IMG/VR virus record: IMGVR_UViG_3300021142_000014
Location: 1-64,000 of that record
Strand: one strand, 5' to 3'
DNA length: 64,000 nucleotides
DNA from: a virus
Shown here: piece by piece, positions 1-7,980 of the stretch
Layout: every line of letters starts with the position of its first letter
Position numbering within the stretch: the first letter of the stretch is position 1
The notes under the pieces: model-generated
Seen by the model: only the letters and a program-made list of their open reading frames with translations
Told to the model about the DNA's origin: nothing
The model's database searches: none
Position numbers and translations under genes: made by a program

Positions 1-602
1 TGGTATACAACGCCTTGATCTATTAATTCTTTTACTTTTTGATCATACGCAAATGTTGTTGTGACGTATCTAACCCTATCACCTGTGACAGGTTTAACTC
101 CATGAAAGTATCTTCCTATACCTGGATGGATTAACAAGTCACCTTTTGATGATTTATACTGTAAACCTAGTTTTGGGTAGTAAATCTCGCCACCTTCAAA
201 GTCACTTAGGTAGAGTGTGAAAGCTAGCTGAACAAAATTGTTCCTGCCCATATCTTCTGTAGGGTTATCGGAATGTTCAAACATCCCTTGACCCTTTTGT
301 ATCCTGTGGATAGATCCAGGATCACTAAGAAACCAGTCTTCTGTAAACAGAGTCGCTATTTGTGCTTTAATCTCTTTGTTCTTCTTATTTACTTCTTCGT
401 TGTCAACAGTATATAAAAACTTTCCATACCACCAACCTCTTCTATTTCTTTCCCACCATTGTTCCTCTGGGACAGACTCTGCAAAATCAACGAGGTAATC
501 ACATGTTTCATCTGAGATGAAGTTTTTTATTACCCATATGTTCTCTTCAATTTGTACAAAATTAGGGTGTGATTTAAGGATGTCGTAATTGAATAATTCC
601 AT
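1..602 (-). CDS. 2OG-Fe(II) oxygenase (prolyl-hydroxylase-like), runs off the window edge
   Basis: Manual translation from ATG at 602 (MELFNYDILK...). Contains HSD, LYLSDFEGGEIYY and FHGVKPVTGDRVRY, i.e. the HxD...H...R signature. Missing from the ORF track because no stop lies in the window. Confidence 0.85.
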   Translation of the reverse strand, partial: MELFNYDILKSHPNFVQIEENIWVIKNFISDETCDYLVDFAESVPEEQWWERNRRGWWYGKFLYTVDNEEVNKKNKEIKAQIATLFTEDWFLSDPGSIHRIQKGQGMFEHSDNPTEDMGRNNFVQLAFTLYLSDFEGGEIYYPKLGLQYKSSKGDLLIHPGIGRYFHGVKPVTGDRVRYVTTTFAYDQKVKELIDQGVVY

Positions 603-726
603 ACTTACTTAGTCAACAACTCAAAGCTTTTACATATGTGACAAAAGTAACGGTTCGGCGGGGGCGGCGCGGCTTGCATATATATTTCCCGAATTTTTTA
701 ATCTTTTAATGAGATCGTAATATAGC

Positions 727-963
727 TTATTCAGTTATAGGCTCAGCAATAGTTGTGCCTTTATCATGAACATTCCAGTGGCACCGGTCAAATCGGCTTG
801 GGGTTCCATAATGGTTGTAATGAGTCCATTGTGGAGGTCTTCCTTTTATTATACCTGCTGGTACTCTTTCGTCAGGCGTTCCCTCATGTATTATACAAAA
901 ACCACAGTTCTTACATTTAGAATGATTATTGCATTCTTTAGCGTATTTGAGATTCCAATTCAT
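727..963 (-). CDS. Small MNWNx(R/K)YA-tagged protein, Cys/His-rich
   Basis: Starts MNWNLKYAK; has CxxH, CxxC and CHW motifs. Confidence 0.8.
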   Translation of the reverse strand: MNWNLKYAKECNNHSKCKNCGFCIIHEGTPDERVPAGIIKGRPPQWTHYNHYGTPSRFDRCHWNVHDKGTTIAEPITE

Positions 964-1003
964 TATTCGTCTTTCAAATCTTTTAATGAGAACGTAATAT
1001 ATG

Positions 1004-1204
1004 TTATTTTAGAGTGAGAGGGTGATCCTTAGCCATGTGTTGGCCTAAGTCAATAGAAGACGTTTGTCCTTGTAGCTTTAGATCTCGATATTGACTATCG
1101 TTTAAGTTGTCAGACTTAAGGCCTTCAAAGGCAGAGCGCATGCTCTCTTGTAACTTATTACAAGTAGCACAACCCTCTATAGCGTATCTAGTGTTCCAGT
1201 TCAT
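1004..1204 (-). CDS. Small MNWNxRYA-tagged protein (start moved to 1204)
   Basis: MNWNTRYAIEGCATC; the ATG is 1 nt after the upstream gene's TAA. Confidence 0.8.
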   Translation of the reverse strand: MNWNTRYAIEGCATCNKLQESMRSAFEGLKSDNLNDSQYRDLKLQGQTSSIDLGQHMAKDHPLTLK

Positions 1205-1205
1205 A

Positions 1206-1349
1206 TTATTCGTCTTTAAGATCTTCTTCATATTGACGCATCTTCTTTGCCATTTCAGCAGTGCTTTCAAAACTTTCATCAGGAGTAAAGTCAGCATCAA
1301 TGCTTAAATTGATATTATCTTCTGAAGCGTATCGTTCATTCCAATTCAT
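1206..1349 (-). CDS. 47-aa acidic MNWNxRYA-tagged protein (start moved to 1349)
   Basis: MNWNERYASEDN...EEDLKDE; start lies just after the upstream stop at 1354. Confidence 0.75.
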   Translation of the reverse strand: MNWNERYASEDNINLSIDADFTPDESFESTAEMAKKMRQYEEDLKDE

Positions 1350-1353
1350 ATTA

Positions 1354-1887
1354 TTAAATGTCTTCCATAGCATCTTTGTATGCTTTGTACTTTTTATACA
1401 GGGTTGCTTCGTCATGGCCACAACGACGATCGTTCTCATCACATAAAGGGTGATGTTGATCATTTGCAACGTCGCAATTACAACCGGCGCAGAAGCATGG
1501 TGATTCTGTACGATCACCATATTTATCACGATATTTAAGTATTTTTGAATAATCCGCTACTCCATTAAAACAATCAGTGTAATAATCTAAATCTATATTG
1601 TTTTTAGCAGCATCTAATGCATTTTTGTGAGAATAGTCGTAAAAATGCCGATTAATAATATAATTTTGAAGACGTACACCATTAGATTTAACTTCATGTG
1701 CTTGACCCTTAGTAACCAATGGAAGGTGGTCGCTGTAACGATTCATTAATGAATACTCATTCGTGTAATCATAAGGTTCGTTTTCTTCCAAACGTTTCTT
1801 CTTAAAACTATCTTGCACGTAATTAATAAAATCATTGTCATTTGATGATTTTTTTGCATCTAATGCATATCTAAGATTCCAATTCAT
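1354..1887 (-). CDS. MNWNxRYA-tagged protein with C-terminal Cys/His cluster
   Basis: MNWNLRYAL...CFCAGCNC...DQHHPLCDENDRRCGH. Confidence 0.85.
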   Translation of the reverse strand: MNWNLRYALDAKKSSNDNDFINYVQDSFKKKRLEENEPYDYTNEYSLMNRYSDHLPLVTKGQAHEVKSNGVRLQNYIINRHFYDYSHKNALDAAKNNIDLDYYTDCFNGVADYSKILKYRDKYGDRTESPCFCAGCNCDVANDQHHPLCDENDRRCGHDEATLYKKYKAYKDAMEDI

Positions 1888-1888
1888 A

Positions 1889-2269
1889 CTATTCCTCGTC
1901 GATCATACCACTTATAGAATAAGCGTGTTGTGTTAAATTATTTGCATGCTTTATTAAACTGTCTTTCATAGCATCGTTGTATTCTTTGTACTTTTCATTA
2001 GGAGTCTCTATGTGGTTCCATACATGGTTCCAGGCTTCTGCTGCTAAAGCATGAGCATTTGCGGCAAGCTTGTGGATTGTATGATCCGTATCACCCTCAT
2101 AATGTTGGTCAGCAGATTCAGTATGGTAAGCAGTCATACCATTATGGTAATTTTCATACTCTTCAGCTTTTTCTTTATTATACTTATCAGCATCGCTATT
2201 GAACTTTTCATCAAAGTTAGAAAAGTCATATAATGAATTATCATTAGCGTAACGTTGGTTCCAGTTCAT
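1889..2269 (-). CDS. MNWNxRYA-tagged His/Ala-rich helical protein
   Basis: MNWNQRYAN...HKLAANAHALAAEAW; tightly packed with neighbours. Confidence 0.85.
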   Translation of the reverse strand: MNWNQRYANDNSLYDFSNFDEKFNSDADKYNKEKAEEYENYHNGMTAYHTESADQHYEGDTDHTIHKLAANAHALAAEAWNHVWNHIETPNEKYKEYNDAMKDSLIKHANNLTQHAYSISGMIDEE

Positions 2270-2270
2270 A

Positions 2271-2552
2271 CTACTGGTTCCTTTGCTTATGTATTTGACC
2301 TGTCATTGCGCCATACCAGATGGGTTGACTACCGAAAGGTATTGCTTGAGGGGTTGCTGTCTCTACAGGGGCTTGTGGGGCCTCTACAATGGCTTCTACG
2401 GCTACAGGCTCTTCTACCAAAGCTTCTTCGACAGCTTCCGCAATAACTACTTCTTCTACTTTGTCTTCTTCTTGTAGAACATCACTGAGGCCTTGTAGAG
2501 CTTCCTCTATAGGTGTTTCTATCTTTGTTGTTTTAGGTTTTGCTGTAGTCAT
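2271..2552 (-). CDS. Acidic low-complexity hypothetical protein
   Basis: E/V/A-rich ORF abutting the downstream gene. Confidence 0.7.
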   Translation of the reverse strand: MTTAKPKTTKIETPIEEALQGLSDVLQEEDKVEEVVIAEAVEEALVEEPVAVEAIVEAPQAPVETATPQAIPFGSQPIWYGAMTGQIHKQRNQ

Positions 2553-2595
2553 TATTCAGGAATTTTCTTAATTATTCATTACATTGCAATAATGA

Positions 2596-3375
2596 TTATC
2601 CATTAATGATCTTGTCTTGGCATTCTCTGCTACAAACATTTGCTTCAGGGTGACCAGTGTCTTTACCACAATTAAGGCAAGCACCAGCGTTGGTTCTCAT
2701 AGAAGTACCTTCACCTCGAAGAGTTTTGCATTCTGTGCAAGATGAATGGTGTTTGATCATATGCCTGTTGGTTGCTTTGATAACTTGCATAACATTGTCA
2801 TGATCGGCATTATCGGCAAAGAGTTGTTCATTCAAAGCCATTCTGGAATTAATGATGCCACGAGCAACACGGCATATAGAGTCTTCAGCAGAAGCTGTCT
2901 TAGAAAGACTTGCTACTCTTTCGCTCAATATATGTTTTTCAGCACAAGGCCGACATGCTACAGGAACATCGAGAGGAAGTTTATCAACACCAGCGTTTTC
3001 AATTCGAGTCCACCTGCCAGTATCAGGGTGTTTTACAAAACCAGAACTCATTAGATTAGTTTTTAATTTACCAAATTCATCATATTGTTTTCCCATTTCT
3101 TGATGATGTTGTACAGCTCGAGCGGTGCCTACGCTAGTCCCACAAGTATCACATTTACCTGTCCTTTTAAGTCGATCAGGTATTGCAGCAGAACCTGGAG
3201 TAGTTTTATTTTGAAAAACAAGTTCTCCATTTTCATTTTCATTTACTGAGGTTCTGGTTATGTCTGGGGATGCTGGTTGACCTGGTATTCTATCAAGAGG
3301 CGCAGCAATCTTTTGACCTAACGAGTTTGCATATTTAACATCCCATGGGGATAGTGGGTCGGGAATAAATGGCAT
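2596..3375 (-). CDS. Hypothetical protein with several CxxC motifs, WDVKYA and KTAS
   Basis: 259-aa ORF with GAAAGGA SD upstream. Confidence 0.8.
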   Translation of the reverse strand: MPFIPDPLSPWDVKYANSLGQKIAAPLDRIPGQPASPDITRTSVNENENGELVFQNKTTPGSAAIPDRLKRTGKCDTCGTSVGTARAVQHHQEMGKQYDEFGKLKTNLMSSGFVKHPDTGRWTRIENAGVDKLPLDVPVACRPCAEKHILSERVASLSKTASAEDSICRVARGIINSRMALNEQLFADNADHDNVMQVIKATNRHMIKHHSSCTECKTLRGEGTSMRTNAGACLNCGKDTGHPEANVCSRECQDKIING

Positions 3376-3674
3376 GACGAATCCTTTCGTATCTATATCC
3401 TATAGTAATTAGCACCCTATTTTACAGTATCTCTGAAAATGCCCCAAGGGGTCCCCGCCATTTTTTTTAAGTGACCTCTTTTCCTATAATAGGGGTCCCA
3501 TTTTCTATAAGTACCCCCCCTATGAAAACCCTTTGTTTCTGGAAAAGGCAAAAACTTGTCATCCTATTTTACGCCTTACATTGAGAGATGAAGTACAAAG
3601 GCAAAAAGGTTATGAACTTCTTTGGACATCATCATTCGGTAATCCTAAGTAAGAAATGAAAGGAGGTGAGTAAC

Positions 3675-3809
3675 ATGCGTATTCCAAAGTTTAACTCTGG
3701 AAGCAAGCCAACGTATCGTGGTCAGTTTAGTACACCTGCATGGCCTGCAGCTAGTGGCAGAACAACGTCATCAGGTAGACGTAATTCACCACGACGTAGA
3801 ACTAAGTAA
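3675..3809 (+). CDS. 44-aa basic Arg/Ser-rich peptide
   Basis: Strong SD (AAAGGAGGTGA); MRIPKFNSG...RRNSPRRRTK; below the ORF-track cutoff. Confidence 0.6.
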   Translation: MRIPKFNSGSKPTYRGQFSTPAWPAASGRTTSSGRRNSPRRRTK

Positions 3810-3862
3810 ACCTCAATGCAGGAGGTCCCATATCAACTCAGAAATGGTTTGGTGTGGTGCCT

Positions 3863-3877
3863 CATGTCGTGAGACAT
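3863..3877 (+). repeat. Repeated GNRA hairpin CATGTCGTGAGACAT (identical at 4289-4303 and 5611-5625; variants at 14318-14331 and 15186-15200)
   Basis: Exact 15-mer three times, always just upstream of an A-rich leader and SD. Confidence 0.85.
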
Positions 3878-3909
3878 CAATTAAACAAGTAAGAAAGTAA
3901 GTGATAAAT

Positions 3910-4071
3910 ATGAGTGTTAACTCGTACACAAGTAATGACTGGAGTAAGTTCATAGATGAGTTTGAATCTGGTGAGCTTGCCCCTCCAATGGTTGAAGTAA
4001 TTGAACCTGAGGAACCACGTCGCACACACTGTTGTTCTGACTGCGGTTGTGAGTGTGGTGGTTGTAACTAA
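3910..4071 (+). CDS. 53-aa peptide with acidic N-terminus and Cys-rich tail (CCSDCGCECGGCN)
   Basis: Manual translation; preceded by the GTAAGAAAG leader typical of this region. Confidence 0.65.
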   Translation: MSVNSYTSNDWSKFIDEFESGELAPPMVEVIEPEEPRRTHCCSDCGCECGGCN

Positions 4072-4089
4072 GTAAGAAAGGAGGTAATC

Positions 4090-4251
4090 ATGGCATCAAG
4101 CAAAAGCTTGATCCAATGTGACACATGCGGACGATGGGACGAAGTTTACGACCAAGACTTAATGTCAATCTTTAAGACGCTTGGCGGTTGTAAATTCGTC
4201 TGTCACCTTTGTGCAATTGAAGCAATGCAACAAAAAGAAGTAAGCCTCTAG
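4090..4251 (+). CDS. 53-aa zinc-ribbon protein
   Basis: SD AGAAAGGAGG; CDTC...CHLC. Confidence 0.75.
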   Translation: MASSKSLIQCDTCGRWDEVYDQDLMSIFKTLGGCKFVCHLCAIEAMQQKEVSL

Positions 4252-4335
4252 ACAGGCTGGCATCACCGGGGTAACTCGGTGGTGGCTACATGTCGTGAGA
4301 CATCTGCAGTAAATAACAAGTAAGAAAGGAAATAT

Positions 4336-4617
4336 ATGTCAGAGACAGTTCTAGCCTGGTCAACAATGATCTGGTCAGATACACCTGAGCCTCAACCCAG
4401 AGAGTTGTATGGAGGTTCACTTCTGTTGGCTGTACAAAACAGATGGAATCGCTCAAGCGACGATCCAGATAGGAAGTTTATACCTGGTCTGCTCGGGGCA
4501 TCACCTACTGTCACTGTTATCAGTGGCACAGGTAATATCGAGGTCGTTATAGCCAACGATCTTAACGAAGTCAGGGTAGAGAATATCAAGCCTAACTTAT
4601 TAGTCATTACAGACTAA
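4336..4617 (+). CDS. Hypothetical protein
   Basis: SD AAGAAAGGA; 93 aa. Confidence 0.7.
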   Translation: MSETVLAWSTMIWSDTPEPQPRELYGGSLLLAVQNRWNRSSDDPDRKFIPGLLGASPTVTVISGTGNIEVVIANDLNEVRVENIKPNLLVITD

Positions 4618-4624
4618 TGGGTTA

Positions 4625-4687
4625 CCCCACCTGGCTATCCACCAGGCTCCTGTTCAATGGAGAGTCAGAGTCAAATCTGACTTGGGG
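4625..4687 (+). ncRNA. tRNA-like cloverleaf (non-canonical)
   Basis: CCCCA/TGGGG closing stem encloses CCTGG/CCAGG, CTCC/GGAG and AGTCAG/CTGACT hairpins; the last has a T-loop-like GTCAAAT; no CCA. Confidence 0.45.
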
Positions 4688-4778
4688 ACGTTACCACTGC
4701 AGGGATGCAGGAGTAACAGCAGTAACCGGTAACTCAGCGGATCTGAGGAAATAAATAAATAAGAGAAGGAAGACTATT

Positions 4779-5510
4779 ATGTCAGAATTCAACGTAACCA
4801 CAACCAACGAGATCATGTCGGAGGAGGATGTAGCTAAACTGTTACACGACTCTTTCTACGTATTCTCGGAGGAGACTGTAGCAGAACACGAGATGCTCGT
4901 GGATGCTGTGCAGATCTTGACTCTAGCAGGTAAAATGCTAGACCAAGTCGCTGCAGCTGCAATTAGTCAGGCTAAGTCAGAGAACAACTACGGCGTAGGT
5001 CGTGTGTTCGATGTCTTTACCACTGACCAATTGAAGTACGGTCGTCACGTAGTTGCAGCTGTTATGGCTCTTACGCCAACAACAGTTGTGACCCGTGCTA
5101 TGTCATACGCTGGTAAGTACAGTAAGTCCCGTCCGCAGATCATGATCAACTCTGAGATCAAGATTGACGGTAGAGGACATAAGTACTACGAGTACATGCG
5201 TAGCTACCACTACGTGACATCCAATGTTCACAGTCCATGGGATGCGTTTAACACCAAGAACGGTGCCAAGCGTACACACAAGTTGTTCATTGCCGGTGAC
5301 CAGAAGTTCTACACCGTCAAGAACGGCAAGCGTGTTGCGGTTGCACTCGGTGCTCCAAGTGAATATGACAAGGAGATCAATGCAGCCCACTCCAGTGGTG
5401 CAGTTACACAATACACACAGGCTCTTAATGAGATCCCACAGGACCTTATCGAGACGCTGAGTGAGAATCAACAGCAGTTGTTCTTGGAAGCATTCAAGAG
5501 CATTAAGTAA
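4779..5510 (+). CDS. Hypothetical protein
   Basis: 243-aa ORF with SD. Confidence 0.85.
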   Translation: MSEFNVTTTNEIMSEEDVAKLLHDSFYVFSEETVAEHEMLVDAVQILTLAGKMLDQVAAAAISQAKSENNYGVGRVFDVFTTDQLKYGRHVVAAVMALTPTTVVTRAMSYAGKYSKSRPQIMINSEIKIDGRGHKYYEYMRSYHYVTSNVHSPWDAFNTKNGAKRTHKLFIAGDQKFYTVKNGKRVAVALGAPSEYDKEINAAHSSGAVTQYTQALNEIPQDLIETLSENQQQLFLEAFKSIK

Positions 5511-5521
5511 TACCCGCAGTA

Positions 5522-5551
5522 AGACCTGAGGTATGTCTATAAACTGCCTCA
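5522..5551 (+). ncRNA. H-type pseudoknot motif (repeated family)
   Basis: AGAC/GTCT stem; loop TGAGGTA pairs with TGCCTCA after an ATAAAC linker. Confidence 0.65.
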
Positions 5552-5608
5552 CCACCCCCCCTGGGGGATACCTTATAGGTGTATTAGGTTCGATTCCTAA
5601 TGGGGTGG
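5552..5608 (+). ncRNA. tRNA-like element (acceptor stem + T-arm)
   Basis: CCACCCC/GGGGTGG stem stacked on ATTAGG-TTCGATT-CCTAAT. Confidence 0.65.
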
Positions 5609-5656
5609 GCCATGTCGTGAGACATTGAATAAATAAACAAGAAAGGAAGTATAGGT

Positions 5657-5971
5657 ATGATAAACGAGCGAGTCGTTATCACATGGATAGATGAGCCTAA
5701 GCTATTTGACAGGGTATTCCGGAAGAAGGAAATGCGCTGTGGAGTAATTAGAGAGTCATTCCCATCTCTAGAGACTGCAGTTGTCTTTATGACAGAAGTC
5801 TATGGAGTTAATCCTAAGACATGGGTTATTAACCGAGAAGGAGATACTCTTTCCGCGAGTAAGGATCTACGTCCCATGGGCGGGGATAAGTCTATTCGTT
5901 TCACGATAACTAATCTAGTTATATCTAATGACATGTTAGACGAACCATTAGGTATCGATCTAGTGTTCTAG
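5657..5971 (+). CDS. Hypothetical protein
   Basis: SD AAGAAAGGA; 104 aa. Confidence 0.75.
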   Translation: MINERVVITWIDEPKLFDRVFRKKEMRCGVIRESFPSLETAVVFMTEVYGVNPKTWVINREGDTLSASKDLRPMGGDKSIRFTITNLVISNDMLDEPLGIDLVF

Positions 5972-6042
5972 TATAGATCGTTCTGCGTGGGACATACGAA
6001 ATATTATACGGGTGATTTAGGTCTCCGCATTTGTACTTCATA

Positions 6043-6058
6043 TGTTCCACGTGGAACA
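6043..6058. promoter_or_regulatory. parS-type palindrome TGTTCCACGTGGAACA
   Basis: Perfect 16-bp palindrome fitting the bacterial parS consensus TGTTYCACGTGRAACA, in a long non-coding spacer. Confidence 0.6.
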
Positions 6059-6544
6059 TTTATATCGATTCGATATATACTAATAAACTAATATCATATT
6101 ATGCTAATAGGTTATTACATTATTGTAATGCCATCCTAAGCTATGTTAAATGGCCTTGTTATTCAAATTCAGGGGCCTAACGTATGTTGCTAATAAGTTA
6201 ATAGCTTATTATGCTAGACACTCAAACCTCCCGAGTGCGACGCATATGTGCATAGTTTAGAATGGCATTAGGATCATGTATCCTATGAAAAAGCGCATAT
6301 TTTGAGACATGTTTACACATATCTAAGGCATCTCTTTTGTAGGTCTATCTACAATCATATGGAGAGTAGTGGTTCTATGTGGAGCGATGTGGTGTAAAGT
6401 GGTGTGGATACAGTCTCTATAGGTAGCTGTGTAGGTAGTATTCTAGTAAGGGCTGGAGTGTTATCTACAGGGTTATCTATGTACGTGAGTACAGTGGTTT
6501 CTCTCCTTGCCCAGGGTTTGGGTGTTAATAATAAGTAAGGAAGT

Positions 6545-6952
6545 ATGTATATGCTAATGTCACTTTACAGCGCATGCTGGAAGTACGATCAAGTAAGTGT
6601 GGAGGGTTCCCCGCTTGGCTATGTCTTTGATGAATGGCTTAAGCTGTTTGGACACCATCACATTCATGTTGGTTTGTTTGATTTGTCAGATGTATTCTCT
6701 GTGGTTCAAATGGAGGTTTCTCCGCAGGGTGTCTGGCAGTTGACTAGCAGTACTCCGCGACTCAGGGATGAAACAGCAATATCTCTCTTTCAGGCTACCA
6801 AGAAGGTAATCCGTTCAGAGGTAAAGCATGGTCCATATGTGTGTGCAAATAGTTGCTCTCACGGCCGGATCGAGGGTTCATTCCTTCACCTAGTACAGAA
6901 TCAACACATAGATTTGTATAACCCAGAGCGTGATGGAGTAAGTCAGTATTGA
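6545..6952 (+). CDS. Hypothetical protein
   Basis: SD AAGTAAGGAAG; 135 aa. Confidence 0.7.
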   Translation: MYMLMSLYSACWKYDQVSVEGSPLGYVFDEWLKLFGHHHIHVGLFDLSDVFSVVQMEVSPQGVWQLTSSTPRLRDETAISLFQATKKVIRSEVKHGPYVCANSCSHGRIEGSFLHLVQNQHIDLYNPERDGVSQY

Positions 6953-7005
6953 TTATTGCACAGGTCTCCTCCCGATAAGGGGAGGGGGCCGATGGGATGA
7001 TTAAT
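6949..7005 (+). repeat. Conserved stem / internal loop / hairpin element, copy 1
   Basis: ATTATTGCACAG-[GC hairpin]-CGATGGGRTGATTAAT, as at 7226-7284 but with a different inner hairpin. Confidence 0.75.
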
Positions 7006-7037
7006 CCCAATATAAACAAGAAAGAGAGTAAGCAATT

Positions 7038-7229
7038 ATGTCTAATCTAGTGTTAGGTTGCAATTGTGGAGATGATGAATGTGGAAACACAAAACTAAAG
7101 ATTGTGGGGATGGGCGGTAATGAAGCCGGTATCCTCCTTTCTGATAGAGGTGTTGAAAATGCATTCTTTGTTGGTGGCGAAGCGTTACAACACGTCATTG
7201 ACAGTTTAACTAGTATCTCTAATAGTTAA
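7038..7229 (+). CDS. Small hypothetical protein (CxCxxxxC)
   Basis: A-rich leader; flanked by the two conserved stem elements. Confidence 0.7.
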   Translation: MSNLVLGCNCGDDECGNTKLKIVGMGGNEAGILLSDRGVENAFFVGGEALQHVIDSLTSISNS

Positions 7230-7284
7230 TTATTGCACAGCTCATCCAGGGTTAACCCCCTGGGTGGGCGATGGGGTGATTAAT
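7226..7284 (+). repeat. Conserved stem / internal loop / hairpin element, copy 2
   Basis: Same flanks as 6949-7005. Confidence 0.75.
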
Positions 7285-7330
7285 AAAGAAGTTAGTAAGA
7301 ATCACTCCAAATAAGAAAGGAGCAAGGTAC

Positions 7331-7858
7331 ATGGAAACACTGCGTAAGCTGTGTCTTTGTACTTCATTGCTACTGATGGGGAATATGGGAATTTCGGGGC
7401 TAGTTTCGGCTGCCCACGCGCCCGACCTCCCACATCAGGTTCAGACAGTAACTAAGGCTAATCTGCACTGGTATGAGAAAATCATGCCAAGTGTGGTTAA
7501 GCACGAAGTTCCTGCTCTGATGCGATGGAATACAATGGCTACAGATGTAACAGCCGCATGGCCTTCTGCAACTGATCCAACTAGACAATTGCCTATTCAC
7601 ATACAAGCACAGTTTGCCTGTATTCGATACCAAGAGTCTAGAAACCACCTAACTAGTGTAAACATTCACTCTGGTGCTGGTGGTTGGTATCAGTTTACTC
7701 CATATATATGGGGTTTTGCTAGAGGGTACATACATGGATTACCTGCTACACCACAGATGGCAACTGGTGAACAACAATCACTTGTGGCTGTCTGGTATTA
7801 CCAACGTAACCACAGTTTGGTTCCCGAATGGGGTCCAGATCTGAGGATATGTAAGTAA
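7331..7858 (+). CDS. Secreted lysozyme-fold lytic transglycosylase (Rpf/SLT-like)
   Basis: Signal-peptide-like N-terminus; CIRYQES (catalytic Glu), GAGGWYQF, EQQ..VA motifs. Confidence 0.8.
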   Translation: METLRKLCLCTSLLLMGNMGISGLVSAAHAPDLPHQVQTVTKANLHWYEKIMPSVVKHEVPALMRWNTMATDVTAAWPSATDPTRQLPIHIQAQFACIRYQESRNHLTSVNIHSGAGGWYQFTPYIWGFARGYIHGLPATPQMATGEQQSLVAVWYYQRNHSLVPEWGPDLRICK

Positions 7859-7865
7859 TACGGTA

Positions 7866-7906
7866 TCCCCGATGGTCGTAATTCAGGTTCGACTCCTGAT
7901 TGGGGA
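7866..7906 (+). ncRNA. tRNA-like minihelix
   Basis: TCCCCGA/TTGGGGA (7 bp), connector TGGTCGTAAT, TCAGG-TTCGACT-CCTGA T-arm. Confidence 0.75.
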
Positions 7907-7980
7907 GCCGGAGCACAAAAGTGCTGCCCTGGTAGAGCAATCTACTAAAAATAAATAAACAAGAAGAAAGTAAGAAAAAC

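Noticed and set aside
1204-1529. ORF-track N-terminal extensions (1300, 1529, also 25593, 27847, 53219, 56214, 62118)
   Set aside because: They overlap upstream genes or elements; internal ATGs next to the upstream stop or SD give better starts.
3556-3660. Promoter TTGTCA...TACATT and a 23-aa ORF at 3588
   Set aside because: Spacer is only 15 bp and the ORF has no clear SD; insufficient support.
4690-4747. Possible twister ribozyme
   Set aside because: Folds as a simple GNRA-capped hairpin plus a small hairpin; twister pseudoknot pairings cannot be built.
5103-5555. Antisense and nested ORFs (e.g. 5103-5555, 14260-14772, 26575-27063, 49734-50084)
   Set aside because: Shadows of well-supported genes on the opposite strand, lacking SD sites and recognisable motifs.
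3863-5625. CRISPR array from the repeated CATGTCGTGAGACAT
   Set aside because: Only 15 bp, irregular spacing of hundreds of bp with genes between; the Cas4-like nuclease is a common stand-alone phage gene.
6345-6480. DnaA-box cluster (oriC-like)
   Set aside because: Only 7/9-8/9 matches, most explained as arms of a G-U-rich hairpin; kept only as a weak note.
6949-7005. Resemblance of GCACAG...CGAUGG to the ends of a c-di-GMP-I riboswitch
   Set aside because: The two-hairpin GEMM core is absent; only one simple hairpin lies between.
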